A DNA stretch of 64,000 nt, from the NCBI RefSeq assembly GCF_009834535.1, contig NC_045698.1, positions 12,588,001-12,652,000 of the forward strand, read 5' to 3'. The stretch is from Camelus ferus. Taxonomy: Eukaryota. Positions within the stretch are counted from its first letter, which is position 1. The number at the start of each line of letters is the position of its first letter. Under the pieces are notes generated by a model. It was not told the DNA's origin and did not search any database. It was given only the letters and a program-made list of their open reading frames with translations. Positions 36,079-48,747 of the stretch are shown one piece after another. A program made the position numbers and the translations under genes.

Positions 36079-36716
36079 ATTTGTCACAATAAGGACTGTC
36101 TAATTCGGTTGGGATAGTCAAGTTAAAGCCACAGGCATGTATCAGTGTTTAAAGAGCAGCCTGGCAGTGCCCAGTGAAGGAAATTAAGCATACACACCTC
36201 ATCTAAAGACCCGATCCTAATATTCTCTATAATCTAAGAATAAAATCTTTATTTCTCAGTTCCTCACCTGGATACTTCCCAAGTTTTAAATTAGTAGCAT
36301 TTTCAGGGCTTTGTTAGTAATAAGAAGATATTGACTTTTTCTCTGCTTACTGAATAACAGATCAATTCCTGTTAGAATCATATACGAGGCACTGGAGGGT
36401 TCTTTCTAATGTAACTCTCTTTCTCTCTTCTAAAACTAGGATAGAATTGTTTCTGTTTCCAAATTTCCAGACCTATCCTCTGGTTCTTAACTTAGCTGAT
36501 TTTTCTTTGGAGGGTCAAAGATGGCAATTTGACAGTCTACTTCAAAATTCTTAGAGGATACTGGATTGTGTAGATTCATTGTCTTCTTTTTTGGATTCTT
36601 TCTTTGTTAATAGTTTTCCTGCTGTTTTATCCAAATCTATTTAATTGAGTTGACTATGTAATAGAATCAACTATGCACCCAGAAAATAATTCCTTTGTTC
36701 ATGGTAAGAGATTGAC

Positions 36717-36834
36717 GGGTTCTGGTTCAAGATGGCAAAGCAGAAGGAGCCTGACCTTGCCTCCTCCCACAGACACACTGAATCTACAGCTATGTTCAGA
36801 ACAATTTCCTCTGGGAGAGAAAAAAAAAAAAAAA
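36717..36834 (+). mobile_element. L1 5'-UTR start (~105 nt) followed directly by a 15-nt poly(A)
   Basis: 'ttcaagatggcaaagcagaaggagcctgaccttgcctcctcccacagacacactgaatctacagctatgttcagaacaatttcctctg' resembles the first ~100 nt of mammalian L1 5' UTRs, including the YY1 motif CAAGATGGC (36728-36). Confidence 0.72.
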
Positions 36835-38354
36835 CATAAGAAGTGGCTGTTTATTGATATCACATCACAAAACTTTGTCTAGTAGAAAATATCAGAAAAA
36901 AGTTAAGCAAATATTGAGATTACTGATCAAAAGTAGTTGAAGTGAAATAGTCTATCTGCTATTTTTCTGGAAATTTGGACAACATGCAATGATATTCTGG
37001 CAAGTTTTAGAGGGGTGACACTTGGCTAAAAATAGCTTTCTGGCTCCAGTTGTTAGTATATTCATCTTCATTGAACTGAAATAACAGTTTTCACATGCAA
37101 AACCAAGGGTCTCCTAGCAGTTCTTCTGTGCTGACTTTTTCCCAAGCCCTTGAACTCTGCAATGACTAAGGTTTAAGATGGTTTATACCAGTGTGTCCAG
37201 CAATATAATCTATGACCAAGTCCTTGCCCTTCTACACTGAAGTCATGTGAAAATACTCTCTTTGATCTCTTTCAAGTGACACTCATGCATGTCTGTTGAT
37301 CAGGTACTGACAGCATGCCCAGCATTGTCGTAGGTATTACCAGAGAGAAAAGAAAAAAACTTCAAGTCTTGCCCTCCAGGAACTTAAAATTTAATTGGAG
37401 AGTGAACATTTTTATTTATGAAAAGATATGGAGTAAAATATGACAATGTGTGGGGCTGAGTGCAAAATTCACATAATGTAAGACTTTGGACAAAGGACAG
37501 AAGAACGCTGGCTAGAGGCAATTGATTGAGAGGGATTTCTTGAGGCTGGTTATGGTGTAGCCTTCTTCCCCATCTTTAGAGAAGCTAGAGGATTTAGAAT
37601 ATGAATTAAAGAATATGAATATGAATTAAATCTTTGTTTAACTGAGAATAGGAATTAAAGAAAGCTTGAACTGATAGGATAAGAAGTAGGTGGTTATCAG
37701 ATCGGTTGGATTGAATCAAGAAAAATAAAAGCCACTTAAGATATTTCCAGCAGAGAGGTATTTAATATGGGCAATTAGATTTTAAAATTACTGGAAAGGT
37801 TGGAGAAACAGAAAAGGAAGTGGTGTTTTCAAAGGTCAGAAACTACAGGGAGATGTTACCAGACCTGCATCCCTGAATCCCTCTGCCCCAAACTGCCTGT
37901 GATGTTCTGTTGCTTCACCCTAGCCCCTAGCTACAGGTACCAAGGAGCCTATAGCCACTGCTGTGGCCTGAAGAAGAAGGGTTCTTACTCTTCTATCCTC
38001 TGATCTCATGAGAGAGCCTCCTAAGGGCAAAACCTTGACTAGAGCCCTGCTAGCAAAAGAGCCTGGGAAATGTGGTTTCCAGGCTTCCAGCCCCTGCCTG
38101 GCCTGACAGAGCTGACAACAGGTACTATCTGGCATGATGTAGAGTGCTTTTTAGAGAGATTTCTCAGGTAGTGACTGAAGTCTCATTTCTCCAGTAATGC
38201 TTTTTCCCCCACCTCCTCTAACCCATATTGTAATCCCTTGCAATTGCCTTTCGGTTTGGTTTTGCCTTGTTATTTTCTACCATTAACATTATATACTTGT
38301 TTTTATGTTTCAGTTTTATCTCCTTAACTGGATTTTTAAAGATTGGGAGTACAA

Positions 38355-38830
38355 CTTCATTTATTAACAGGTAACGATTTACTGTACAAGAAACAAAACG
38401 CTCTTCACGATGTTGATGACAGAGCAGTAAACAAGACGCTCATAGTCTGCTCTAAAGGAGCTTACGTTCTAGCGGGAGAAACTGGGAATAAAGAAATACA
38501 TGGATATTTAATATTATGTGGTGATAAATGCTATGAAAAAAAAATAAAGTAGGTAAAGTGACAGAGAAGGGCAGTGAGGGATGGTGTCCAAGGAAGGATT
38601 CTCTGATAAGAGGACCTGTAGGATATGAGCGAGGGGGAGCCAGGCTCATATCTGGGGAGAGAGGTTTTCAGGCAGACTTGAGCATGGCATGTTAGAGGAC
38701 AGCCAAGGAGTCCAGTGATGCTGGGCAGAAGAGAGCACAGGAAGGTGTTAAGAAACAAGATCAGAGAAGGGGAGGGGATGGGGAAACGCTGTGTCAGACT
38801 TAGACATCTATTTTTTGTATTCCTCATAGC
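38355..38830 (-). mobile_element. L2 fragment (3' end at left)
   Basis: 'agagcagtaaacaagac...ctgctctaaaggagcttacgttctagcgggaga...tgtggtgataaatgctatgaaaaaaaataaag'. Confidence 0.75.
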
Positions 38831-39686
38831 GCTGGCTTTCTTCTGGGAAGATAACATTTAACCTCAGTCTTCAAACCCAATGCCCACCTCTCCCCAAATT
38901 ATCTTTTTCCTTTTTGTATTTTTATTTTTCTCTCTTCCCTCTGATCTGGGTCTGTAGTTATATTTATTTTCCCCTTTATTAAATGTGCAAGGACCAGTTG
39001 CCAGAATGTGGGATAGTTCGGTTATTCCAGTGGACAGGTTGCCTTGGCAACGAGGCAAATCTTACCCATTTCAGCAAAACCTTATCAATAAAGCAGCCTC
39101 TTAAGAGACTAGTGTTCACATCCTTATGTGTCTGTTATGCTTTTCCTCCATTCCTTACCCATGGCAATTCTCAGATTAATTAGGCAAATACAGATTGGCT
39201 GAATGGCTCCACAGAAGCAGACACTAGGAAAGAGTAATAAGAGAATGATCTTCAGCGGCCACAGTGGACACCCCCAAGTTACCATATTGTTTTAGTTTCC
39301 TAGTTCCACCACAGCAAGTCCGTATCCCTCCCAGGCACAGGTATGCAGGAGCCACGTTAAACACCTGTCATATATTTACACTGGCCAGTATCCACTGCTT
39401 AGAAGCCCCAGGCAACACTAAAGCAGTGCTTGGAAGGAGGAAGAGTGTATTCAGTCTTGCCAACTGCTGTTTATGGATGAACAGGCATGTCAGTCTCTGA
39501 AAGGTCAAAATAAAGGAAAAGAAATACATCTCAGACCTTTCAGGTTAAAACTTAGGGCACCTCATACCACTGAAATAAATTATTGAATCCATGGTGTAAA
39601 CAGGCATATGAGCTAAGATTTTTTTTGTTACAGTAAGTTGCCCTTCTTGTCTGAAATAGTTATGAAAAAATTAAGGAACAATCTTT

Positions 39687-40178
39687 GTATTGGTTCAGAG
39701 AAACAGTACGTGTATCTCCACATGCACATGTACATACATATACATGCACACATATATAATGTACATACATACATATATTTACTTATCTATCAAGCATCTA
39801 TTCTATTTATTCATCAACTGGAATCAACAGGCTCACATGATTCCTGAAGCTGGCAAGTACAAAATTGGAAGGGCAGACCGGTAGGCTGTAAATTCAGGTA
39901 AAAGTTGATGTCACAGTCTTGAGTCTAAAGGCAGCAGGCTAGAAGCAGGCAGAATTTCTATGTTCCAGTCTTGCGTAGAATTTATTCTTCTATGAGAAAC
40001 CTCTAACTGATTGAATACTGCCAATCATATTATGGGGAGTAATCTGCTTTATTCAGAGTCTACTGGTTTAAATCTTAGTTACATTGTCAAATACCTTCAC
40101 AACAACATCTAGACCGGTGTCTGACCAAATGATTCAGCACTGCAGCCTAGCCAATTTGACACATGAGATGAGTCATCC
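39687..40178 (-). mobile_element. ERVL solo LTR (MLT2D/E-like)
   Basis: 'cagagaaacag', 'gctggcaagtacaaaatt', 'ggagtaatctgctttattcagagtctactg', 'aataccttcacaacaacatctagac...gcctagccaatttgacacat'. Confidence 0.85.
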
Positions 40179-40881
40179 AAAAGCTCAAAATAAGAGATTT
40201 GATTTTGATAATTCTAGTTTCCTGAGAGTAATTTCTTTTTTTAAATGTGAGGGAGTAAAAAAAGAAGTGAAACTAGGATGTAAAAGAAATATGGCAACTA
40301 GAATAAAAGTGATTCTAGCCATGATGGCAACTTCCTTATCCTTCATTTTTTTTCTCCTTTCCTTAATTGTAGCACTTTGAGATGATAAAACTAGCTAGGA
40401 AAGCATATTCTATAAGTTGATGAACCAGAATTTGCTTCATAATTATTTTTATAGAGTATCATCAAGTTAAAAAAAATAACCATATACTTTGACAAAAGAA
40501 AACTATTACATACCCTGTATAAAATTAAAATCTGTATAATGTGAGACCTTCTCAGCTAAGATAATTAATGTCTTCCATTAGTGTGGTGTGGTTTGCTTAA
40601 AACAATTGAATATTTGTTTTGACAATAAAAGTGTATGAAGGACTAAAGTCAATTAGTGTTGGGTTTTGGCCCTACGAGATGTCTCTGTACGGCTTATGTG
40701 ATTATATCTTCTGTGATTTATGCAATTTTCCATGATTGTCAGTTTCTGTTGTTGGAGGATCTTCTATTGAAAAGCAGGAGTGTATGCCTTTTGGGTCTTG
40801 CTAACATTCTCCCTCATCTGATACAGTCTTTGCTGATACAGGAACTGTGATGATATTGTGGACCCAAAAGGATGACCACAC

Positions 40882-42029
40882 TGTGACGGTTTCATGTGTC
40901 AGCTTGCCTAGGCTATACCACCCAATAATTTAATCAAACACTAACCTAGATGTTGCTGTGAAAGTATTCTGTAGATGTGGTTGATATCTACAATCAATTG
41001 ACTTTATGTATTTATCTGATAAAAAGGATACTATATCAAAATCAGAATCAAAATTAAAAATTGAATTAAAAATAAATAAAAATGAAAATAAAGTACAATT
41101 TTATTTTAAATAAGATAAAATAAAATAAATTAAAATTTAAAAAATTAAATGAAAAGGGGATTAAGAGGTACAAACTACTATGTATAAAATAAATAAGCTG
41201 TAAGGATATACTGTACAGCATGTGGAATGCAGCCAATATTTTATAATACCTATAAATGGAGCATCATCTTTAAATATTGTGAATCACTGATATACCTGAA
41301 ACTTATATAATACTGTAAATCAATACATCTCAATTAAAAAAATGTACAATTAACTTTAAGTAATTGATTGTACTTTTTTTCTCCTTTTGCAGTTCTATTA
41401 GGTAGAATTGTTACAATTTGACTGCACATACACATTATATTGCATGTAAGTACATATATACTTTTTATATATATGTACTTTTTTTTATATACTGCACTTT
41501 TTTTTAGTTTACATATAATGTACAAATTATTGTTTCTAAGAACAGATTAGATCTTTAGCTTTTTAAATTTACATAGTTATCAAAGGAATAAAGCCAACTA
41601 CAAAACAAGAATCAACAGAATGCGGTAATCTAATCATAAAGGGCAGTCAAATGTGCTTACACATATTCAAGAAATCAAAATAATAATTAGTTCATTTGTG
41701 TCCTTATTATTATTGTTATTACGTTTAAGTAAGGAGATTACCCTTGATAATACGAACACATTCATCCAATAATTTGAAGCCCTTAAGAGCAAAAGCTGAG
41801 GTTTCTTGGATGAAGAAGAAATTATGCTTCAAGGCTGTAACATAGTAATCCTGCCTGAATTTCCAGCTTGCCACCTGCCCAATGCATTTCAGACAACCTC
41901 CACCACCATGTAAGCCAATTCCTTGAAATAAACCTCCAAGAAAAAACATATATATACATACATGAATAGTTATACATACGTATATATATCCTACTAGTTT
42001 TGTTTCCCTGGAGAACCCTGAATGATACC
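40882..42029 (+). mobile_element. ERVL solo LTR (MLT2D/E-like) in two pieces (40882-41010, 41723-42029)
   Basis: 'tgtgacggtttcatgtgtcagcttgcctaggcta...gatgttgctgtgaaagtatt'. Resumes 'aaggagattacccttgataat...tttccctggagaaccctgaatgatac'. TSD CACAC (40877-81 / 42030-34). Confidence 0.88.
41150..41342 (+). mobile_element. L1 3' fragment inside the MLT2 LTR
   Basis: 'gattaagaggtacaaactactatgtataaaataaataagct...aaggatatactgtacagca...gccaatattttataata...attgtgaatcact...cctgaaactta'. Confidence 0.88.
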
Positions 42030-43959
42030 CACACTAATATTGCTTTTGTTTAACTCATTTATTTGCATTATTGAAATAGGAACGTATCTGTTAAAAATTA
42101 GTGTCTATATGACGTTGCTTAGTCTAATGGGCATAAGAGGTCATTTAGGCCATGGTGCTGGGGATCTGTTTGTATAGATCAAAAAGCTATTTTACTAGGA
42201 ATGGCTAATGACTTGGAAAACCTTTTGCAAGTTGGATTAAAAGTAAGGTTCATTAAACTAGACAGTATCACCTTATAAAATTAATTTGTTTGGCTGTGGG
42301 ATTTAACCTTGAAAGTATTCCTTGTCAAATATAACTTAGAGATTTATTTAGTTATATCTAGTCATTTTTAACTAGGGAATTGACTCTCTAGTAAAAAAAA
42401 ATAGACTAATATAATGGCAATGCCTAAAATCACGTCCAACTGCAAATTAAGTTCCTCTGCCAATGGAAGCAATCACAGACGGGGAGTTGAGCGCATTTAT
42501 CATGTCATATGGGTAAAGTTCAAAGCATGTGGTAAGGAGTCCTGCGTGAATTTCAGCACCTTAAAAAAAGGATGTCAGAATCTGAGCTTGGTTTAAAAAC
42601 AAATACCAGTGGAGGGAAGTGGCTTAGTTTTTCTGACAGAAAATACTAAGATAGAGAACAGCACAGATGCTCAGAGTATGGGCTAATTAAGGAGGCTTCT
42701 CAAAATTGCCATCAATGGATCTATTTGAGAAGGTGTTGGGTGTAGAATGCATTCTTAATACTATTCCAGAAATGCAGACACAAATATGCAGTCTAAGGAA
42801 ACTCAGCCCAGAGCCAGTTTGGGACAGAGGGCAGAAAACTGACAAGGGTTTCCTGAAAGTAAATTTGCTGTGAATGTGTTAAAATATGTGATTTTACAAA
42901 TTATCATGAGTGCCACCAAGATCACAGTTTTATTACTCATATAAAGTGTTCTTCTGCTTTCTTGCGTTAACCGATAAAATTTGGGGAGGCTGACTTATGA
43001 CTATTTATAAGAAGTCAGGCAAGCTAGGTCAAGGAAGTACAGGCTTAGAGGGGATGATTCTTCGGTGATTTGAATTAAACTTGGCATATTGACCCCTTTC
43101 TGCTGACACTCCTCTTTTGAAGGTCACCATCTCTCTCACTGTCAAGTCTGGTGGCTTTTCACCTACCATTATTCTTCAGATTCTGCTGAAGTTACCCCTC
43201 CAGTATTTTGAGTCCTGACTCTTCCTTTCCTTGGCTAGTTTTTTTCTTAGTCTTCTCTATTGATTTCTGTCTTTCTCCCACTCTCATTTGCTCAAGTGCT
43301 TCATTCTCTACCAGAAATGAAATGTGAGAGACCCTCAAGAATGATGTTAGCACTGAAATAAAAGCATTTTAGGGGACACTTTTTTCACCAGTGGGAAAAC
43401 AAATTTCCTAGGTCCAACTTTCTGTTTTCTCCCCTAGCTCTCCTCCTCATCACCCTTTGTGAAGAAGAAGGCATTTTTAAATCATGATAAAGCATGGGGT
43501 TATGTTGAGAATTCTTCCAAATTAGCCGGAGAAAGGTTTTTGCTTGTAGTGTTATGCTGCCTTGTGCTGAAGGGTGTGGAAGACCTCTGTTGAGTCTTTC
43601 TATGAGAGACAGTTAGAAACCCCAACTCAGAGGAGCTGTCCTCCAGGATGGAGTTAGGGACACGGGTCCCAGAGGCTAGGCCTGGAGCACACGTCGGGTC
43701 ACACTGGCTGTCTCGAGTAAATCTGAAGGGTAGAAAGAGTGGGAGTCAGATGAGCCGCAGAAATACTTCTTGGGGCCCTTGGGAGCCCCACTGTATAGGG
43801 ACTGAAAGCACCCTTGGCAAAAGGAGAGAAATACTTTCATACTTCACTTTGTGAACAACTTGTTTTGCTCCTGAACGAAGACCCTGCCCACCTGCTCTTT
43901 CTGTCATTGAAGTCTCACTTGGATCCAGGTAGGACTGCCTCTGGTCTGTGGGAACCACT

Positions 43960-44750
43960 GGAGATGTAGTGATGGATCTCGCCTCTCATCTTCTGTCATT
44001 TCATCAAAACGTCACCCCCATATGTCTAACTGCCTTCTGGAGGTATAACTTAGATATCCTCACACTTGAAGAAACCCAACCTGCCTCAAATTGTACAAAC
44101 CCTGTCCTCTCTCCCTGTTGTGTCTCCTGTTCCTGATTCCCAGAGGCGTCATGAGTTTCCCAACCAAGAGGCTTGGGAATTTGGAGTTCCATTTGACTCT
44201 TCTTTTATGTCTAATGACTCACATTTGTTCTGTTTCAAGTCCTGTGGCTTGTTGGCCTTGGTTCGTATCTTGTATCTCTACTCCCTTCTCCATTAACTTT
44301 GTGAACATCCTCATCCAAGACTTATTTACCTCGTGCCTCCTAATTGGCTTCTTCCTCTTTCCTCTCTGATCCAAGCAGATTACTTTAGCTGGATTTATTT
44401 TCTTAAAAGAAATTCCTCTTATCTTGCCGTTGCTATTCAAAACCTCTCAGTTTATATCCATCTCTCTGGTTTCCAGAGCCCTTAGATCTAGCTTCATCCT
44501 TCAAGCATGCTTATTTCTCCAACGTAACCTCTTCATTCGCCTTAGAACAATCCTATGGCTACCAGGACAAGCCTTACTTACTCTTACCTCACTGTCTTTC
44601 CTCTTCATCTTCATACCTCCCTACATCAATGATGATTTTAAGTTCTTGCGATCTGCTTTCACTGCTTTGAAACCCAGAAAGCATCATTTCCTTTGTATTC
44701 TTATTGCTCATATCACTTATAGAATGCTTAGCGCATCCTTATATTTCCTT
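43960..44750 (+). mobile_element. L2 fragment (diverged)
   Basis: 'ccatatgtctaactgccttctggagg', 'tgggaatttggagttccatttgactct', 'cctcctaattggcttc', 'tgctattcaaaacctctcag'. Confidence 0.55.
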
Positions 44751-45674
44751 TCTAGGACCCATTTATTTACTACGTATGCTGAGTATTGTGCTAGGCACTG
44801 GGTATATGGTGGTAGAAGACATAGTCTACCTCCATACATATGTTTCCCCAATTTCCCCATTTTTAGACACTGCTAAGCTCTGCCAAGAATTGTTCTCCTT
44901 TATTACAGGAAGTCTAGTAAATTTAGCTTTGCTTGAGCAGCAGGTTTTTCTGGTGACTTTGTGGGAGATTGATGAGATATTTTTATTCTGTCTCAAAATC
45001 CTTTATCTTCCTGGCTTCTCCTAAGCCTTCATCCACGTGGCTCCTAAATGACACCCTTCCCCCAACAGCCCCTTCATAAGTAGATAATTTAATTCAGCCC
45101 CATCTGGTGAAGCCATAGGCCCTAGTGGTCCAACCACCAAGTGGACTGACCCTAGTATTTTCTCCACCAGGTGGGTTTCTAGCTGAGGACTTTAATACGG
45201 TTGTCTCCATAATGTAACGTTGCACAGCTCTACCTAGAGTCTGGGTGGTACACAATTCACTGTAGAGTCTTTATCCTTTTTTCCATTCCTTTCCTCTCTA
45301 CCTACCTCAGGAGTCTGAAACAGCTGCCTAGCAGCTGCTTAAGAGATAGTTTGAAAGCGTAGAGTCAGCAGATGGCAGGAAGAAACGTTCACAACACTGA
45401 CTCTGCCATACTTCCCCTCTTTCAAGGACAGGAGGGTTTGTTTTCGCATGTGGAGATAGACTTACATGAGGATTACCCCCTTCTCCAACCAACTTCTCCC
45501 ATTTTAACACCATGGTGTGTCAACATCTCTGATTTCAAAAAAGAAAAAACAAAAGGGAAGGATAGGAGGAAATCCAGAAATTCTTTGGGATTAACCAATG
45601 TTTCTGTAAACCATTTGGAAGCATGGTGAAATTCTTTAAAGCACAAGTGTGCTTTTAAAAGCCCCCCATAAATA

Positions 45675-45925
45675 TAATTTTTAGTGACTATATAACATTC
45701 CATCATAGTCACACTCAGTCATTTTTCTTTACTGTTTCTCTGTTGATGGACATTTCAGTTGTTCATCATGTTCAGGATTTTGAACATTCTGGAGAATAAA
45801 TTCTTGTCTGCATTCCTTATTGTTTTCCTTCAGGATGAATTTCTGACTGTGGAATTCCTGGATGAAAGGCTACAGCCATTTTAAGGGACTTAACTATACA
45901 CTGTACACAGATTTCCCTTTGCAAA
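45675..45925 (-). mobile_element. L1ME-like fragment
   Basis: 'ctgttgatggacatttcagttgtt', 'gtggaattcctggatgaaagg'. Confidence 0.6.
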
Positions 45926-46784
45926 TTTGAAATATCTTTTGTGAGATGATTAATTCATGGCAGAGACGAAATATACAGTGTTAATTGTTGGCATTAGCTG
46001 CCGGCCATATTTATATTGGAACCAGACTTTTGAATTTCAATATGCACAAACTTGTATCTTTGTACTTGGACAGCAAGCAGACTCAGCGGATGGCAGACAG
46101 AGTCTGCCTATTAAGAGGAAAGCCTTTAGCATTCACATGCCAGATTCAAGAAATGCCCAAATTCTCCATTTCCCACTGGAGCTCTGGGATTCTAGGCTTC
46201 CTGGAGAACACGGACGCCGGAGGCCTGAGAGCCCCTTCCTGGTCTCAGATGAGACGTTCATTCCCATTTAGAGAAGCGTTCTCCTCTCTTGGAATGATTT
46301 TCTGTGCTTTCTTTTGTTGGAACGCATTGTACTTTTCAAAAGCAAGATCCCCTCTCTCCCCTTTGCTTAGGCATGTTGAGAGTGGTACGTTTTCCTAAAT
46401 TGCCTAACCAAGCAGAGCAATTAGCGCCCAAGGAGACAGGAGGCTGGCTGCCTTGCAGAATGAATGGTTTTCATGGGAACGGCAGTGAAAGCACTGCACA
46501 GAGCAAGGAAACTTGCCAGAGCCTTGTTTGGTGCTGGCCCTCCTGTTTGGTTTTATAAGAAGTTGTTTATATTTGCTGATGCTCTAATAAACAGCCCTTT
46601 TCATGGGGCAAATCCTTGAAATAGTTTCCTTCCCAACATGAGTCCCTATCGCCAGTCAGACCCTACAACCCAGAATTAGCTAAGAGTAACCATGGTCTCT
46701 GCTGTTCTCTGGCAAATTAATTCAGCCATCGGGAAGCCCCTGGTCTTTTGCCTCCTATGTGAAGATTTTCTTCAACCACTCGGT

Positions 46785-47526
46785 TTTCAAATATTCATCA
46801 ATTGGCCAACTGGGTCAGATCCTGTTTTGGACACTGAGGATGAAGTGATGGATGAGACAGACAAGGTCCCATTTCTCATGGAGCTGACATTCTAGTGGGT
46901 GTAGTCAGACAATAAACAGATAAATAAACATGAAATGTGTCAGGTGCTGATAAAGAATGCAGAGAATTAGAATAGCCTGTTAAGATGGTGAATCTCTAGT
47001 CCTGTTTGGGTTGTCCAGGAAGACATCTCTGAGATGGATTCTGAATAATAGCTCAGATTGGCCTATTCAGAAGAGGGTTGAGTATGTCAGGCCAGGGAAA
47101 GAATAGGTACCAAAGCCCCAAGATAAGAAATAAATTGGTGGATTTAATAAAGAGAAAACCAGAAAGAAGGCCACATGGAAAGGACTTACTGAGCAAGGGA
47201 GAGAGTGTACTATCTGATAAGTTTCAGTAAGTAGACAGGACATTGTCAGTTGTCATAAAGGACATCGAAAGTCAGAATAACGTGATGGGGTTTTATTCTA
47301 AGTGTGATAGGAAGGCAATGGACGATTCTAAGCAAGAAATGACATATGATTTGTGTTTTTAAAAACCCACTCTGCTGGCTGAGTGTTAATTGTACTGTAG
47401 GACCACCCAAGGAGGTACAAAGGTGAGTGAGGAGCCTATGAGAGGGAAGTCCAGGAGAGAGAAGATGTCTGGACTAGGGCGGCCGTGGTGGAGATACAAA
47501 GTAATGTTAGAACTGGGATATGAACT
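46785..47526 (-). mobile_element. L2a-like fragment
   Basis: 'agacagacaaggtcccatttctcatggagctgacattctagtggg...agacaataaaca', 'ttttattctaagtgtgataggaaggcaatgga...taagcaagaaatgacatatgattt'. Confidence 0.85.
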
Positions 47527-48299
47527 TGTGCGTTGTTTTTTTTCCTAACAACAGTACCAACTGGGTGTCTGACAATCAGTTCAGTTCTGACACAAACTAT
47601 CCAGATTTAGCACAAAGCTTAGTTCCATACGACGACCTGTTTTAGACACCAGCCTCACATGAGATCCCTAGACCACCTGCACTTCTACATGGCTGGGTAC
47701 AAATTTGGGGGTTCCCATGATGCCCCCTGGGGTTTGCCAGAATGACTCGCAGAATGCAGGAAAGAGCTATATTTAGGATCACAGTTATTAGAAAGGATAC
47801 AGTGATCACCCAGATGGAGACGTGCATAGAGCGAGGTCTGGAAGGGTCCCAAGTGCAGGGGCGTCTGTCCCCTTGGAGTTAAGATGCACCATCCTCCTAG
47901 CATGTGGATACCTTCACCAACCCAGAAGCTTCTTTACTTTCATTGTTTCAGAGTTTTAATCCAAGCGGCACTGCATAGGCAGGGTTGATTAAATCATTGG
48001 CCATTGGTGATGGAACTGGATCTCCAGCCTCCTTTCTTTCACCAGAGGTGGGGACTGGTGAGGAAGTCCCAACCCTCTGATCACCTGCTTGGTTCCCTTG
48101 GTGACCAGCCCTCATCCTGCAGCTCTGTTAGGGTCCTGCCAAGAGTCACCTCATCAGCATAAACCCAGGTACGGTTGAAGGGGCTCATTATAAATAACAA
48201 AAGACACATCACTCAGGAAATTCCTAGTGTTTTCTGTACTAGGAAATCTGTACTAGGAATGGGGACAAAGACCAAATACATATTTTTTCTTATAGCCCA
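47527..48299 (-). mobile_element. MER21-like solo LTR inserted in L2
   Basis: 'ccaactgggtgtctgacaatcagttcagttctgacacaaactatccaga', 'aaatttgggggttcccatga', 'ggtctggaagggtccc', 'ggttgattaaatcattggccattggtga', 'ggggacaaagaccaaata'. Confidence 0.85.
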
Positions 48300-48337
48300 G
48301 AATCGGAGGTAGAATTTATAAGCTGGAATGTGGGGAA

Positions 48338-48747
48338 TGCAGTGAGGGTTCAGAGAAACAGAACCACTGTAATAACATTATATCTGTATCTATATATTGT
48401 ATTGTTATCATATAATATTATCACATAATATATGTATATCAATATTATGTTATCTATCTATCCAAAGAGATTTATTATAAGGGATTGGCTCTTGAACTTA
48501 GGGAGGCTGGGAAGTCCAAAATTCTCAGTGTTGGCTGGCAGGCTCAAGACCCAGGAAAGCCAATGGTGCAGGGCCGGTCAGAAGGCAATTTGCTGAAGAA
48601 TTTGCTTTTGCTCAGGGAGGCCACTCTTTTGTTCCATTTGACCTTCAAGCAATTGGATGAGGTCCACCCACACTGTGGAGTGTAATGTGCTTTACCCAAA
48701 GTTCACCCACTTACCTCCCAAGTTGATTTATGAAATTAACCATCACA
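48338..48747 (-). mobile_element. ERVL LTR (MLT2B/C-like)
   Basis: 'agggttcagagaaacagaacca...agagatttattataagggattggctc...ggaggctgggaagtcc...attggatgaggtccacccacac...aaattaaccatcaca'. Confidence 0.85.

Noticed and set aside
39687..42029. Two MLT2 LTRs as the ends of one provirus
   Set aside because: They are in opposite orientation with no internal ERVL sequence, and the second has its own CACAC TSD. They are independent solo LTRs.
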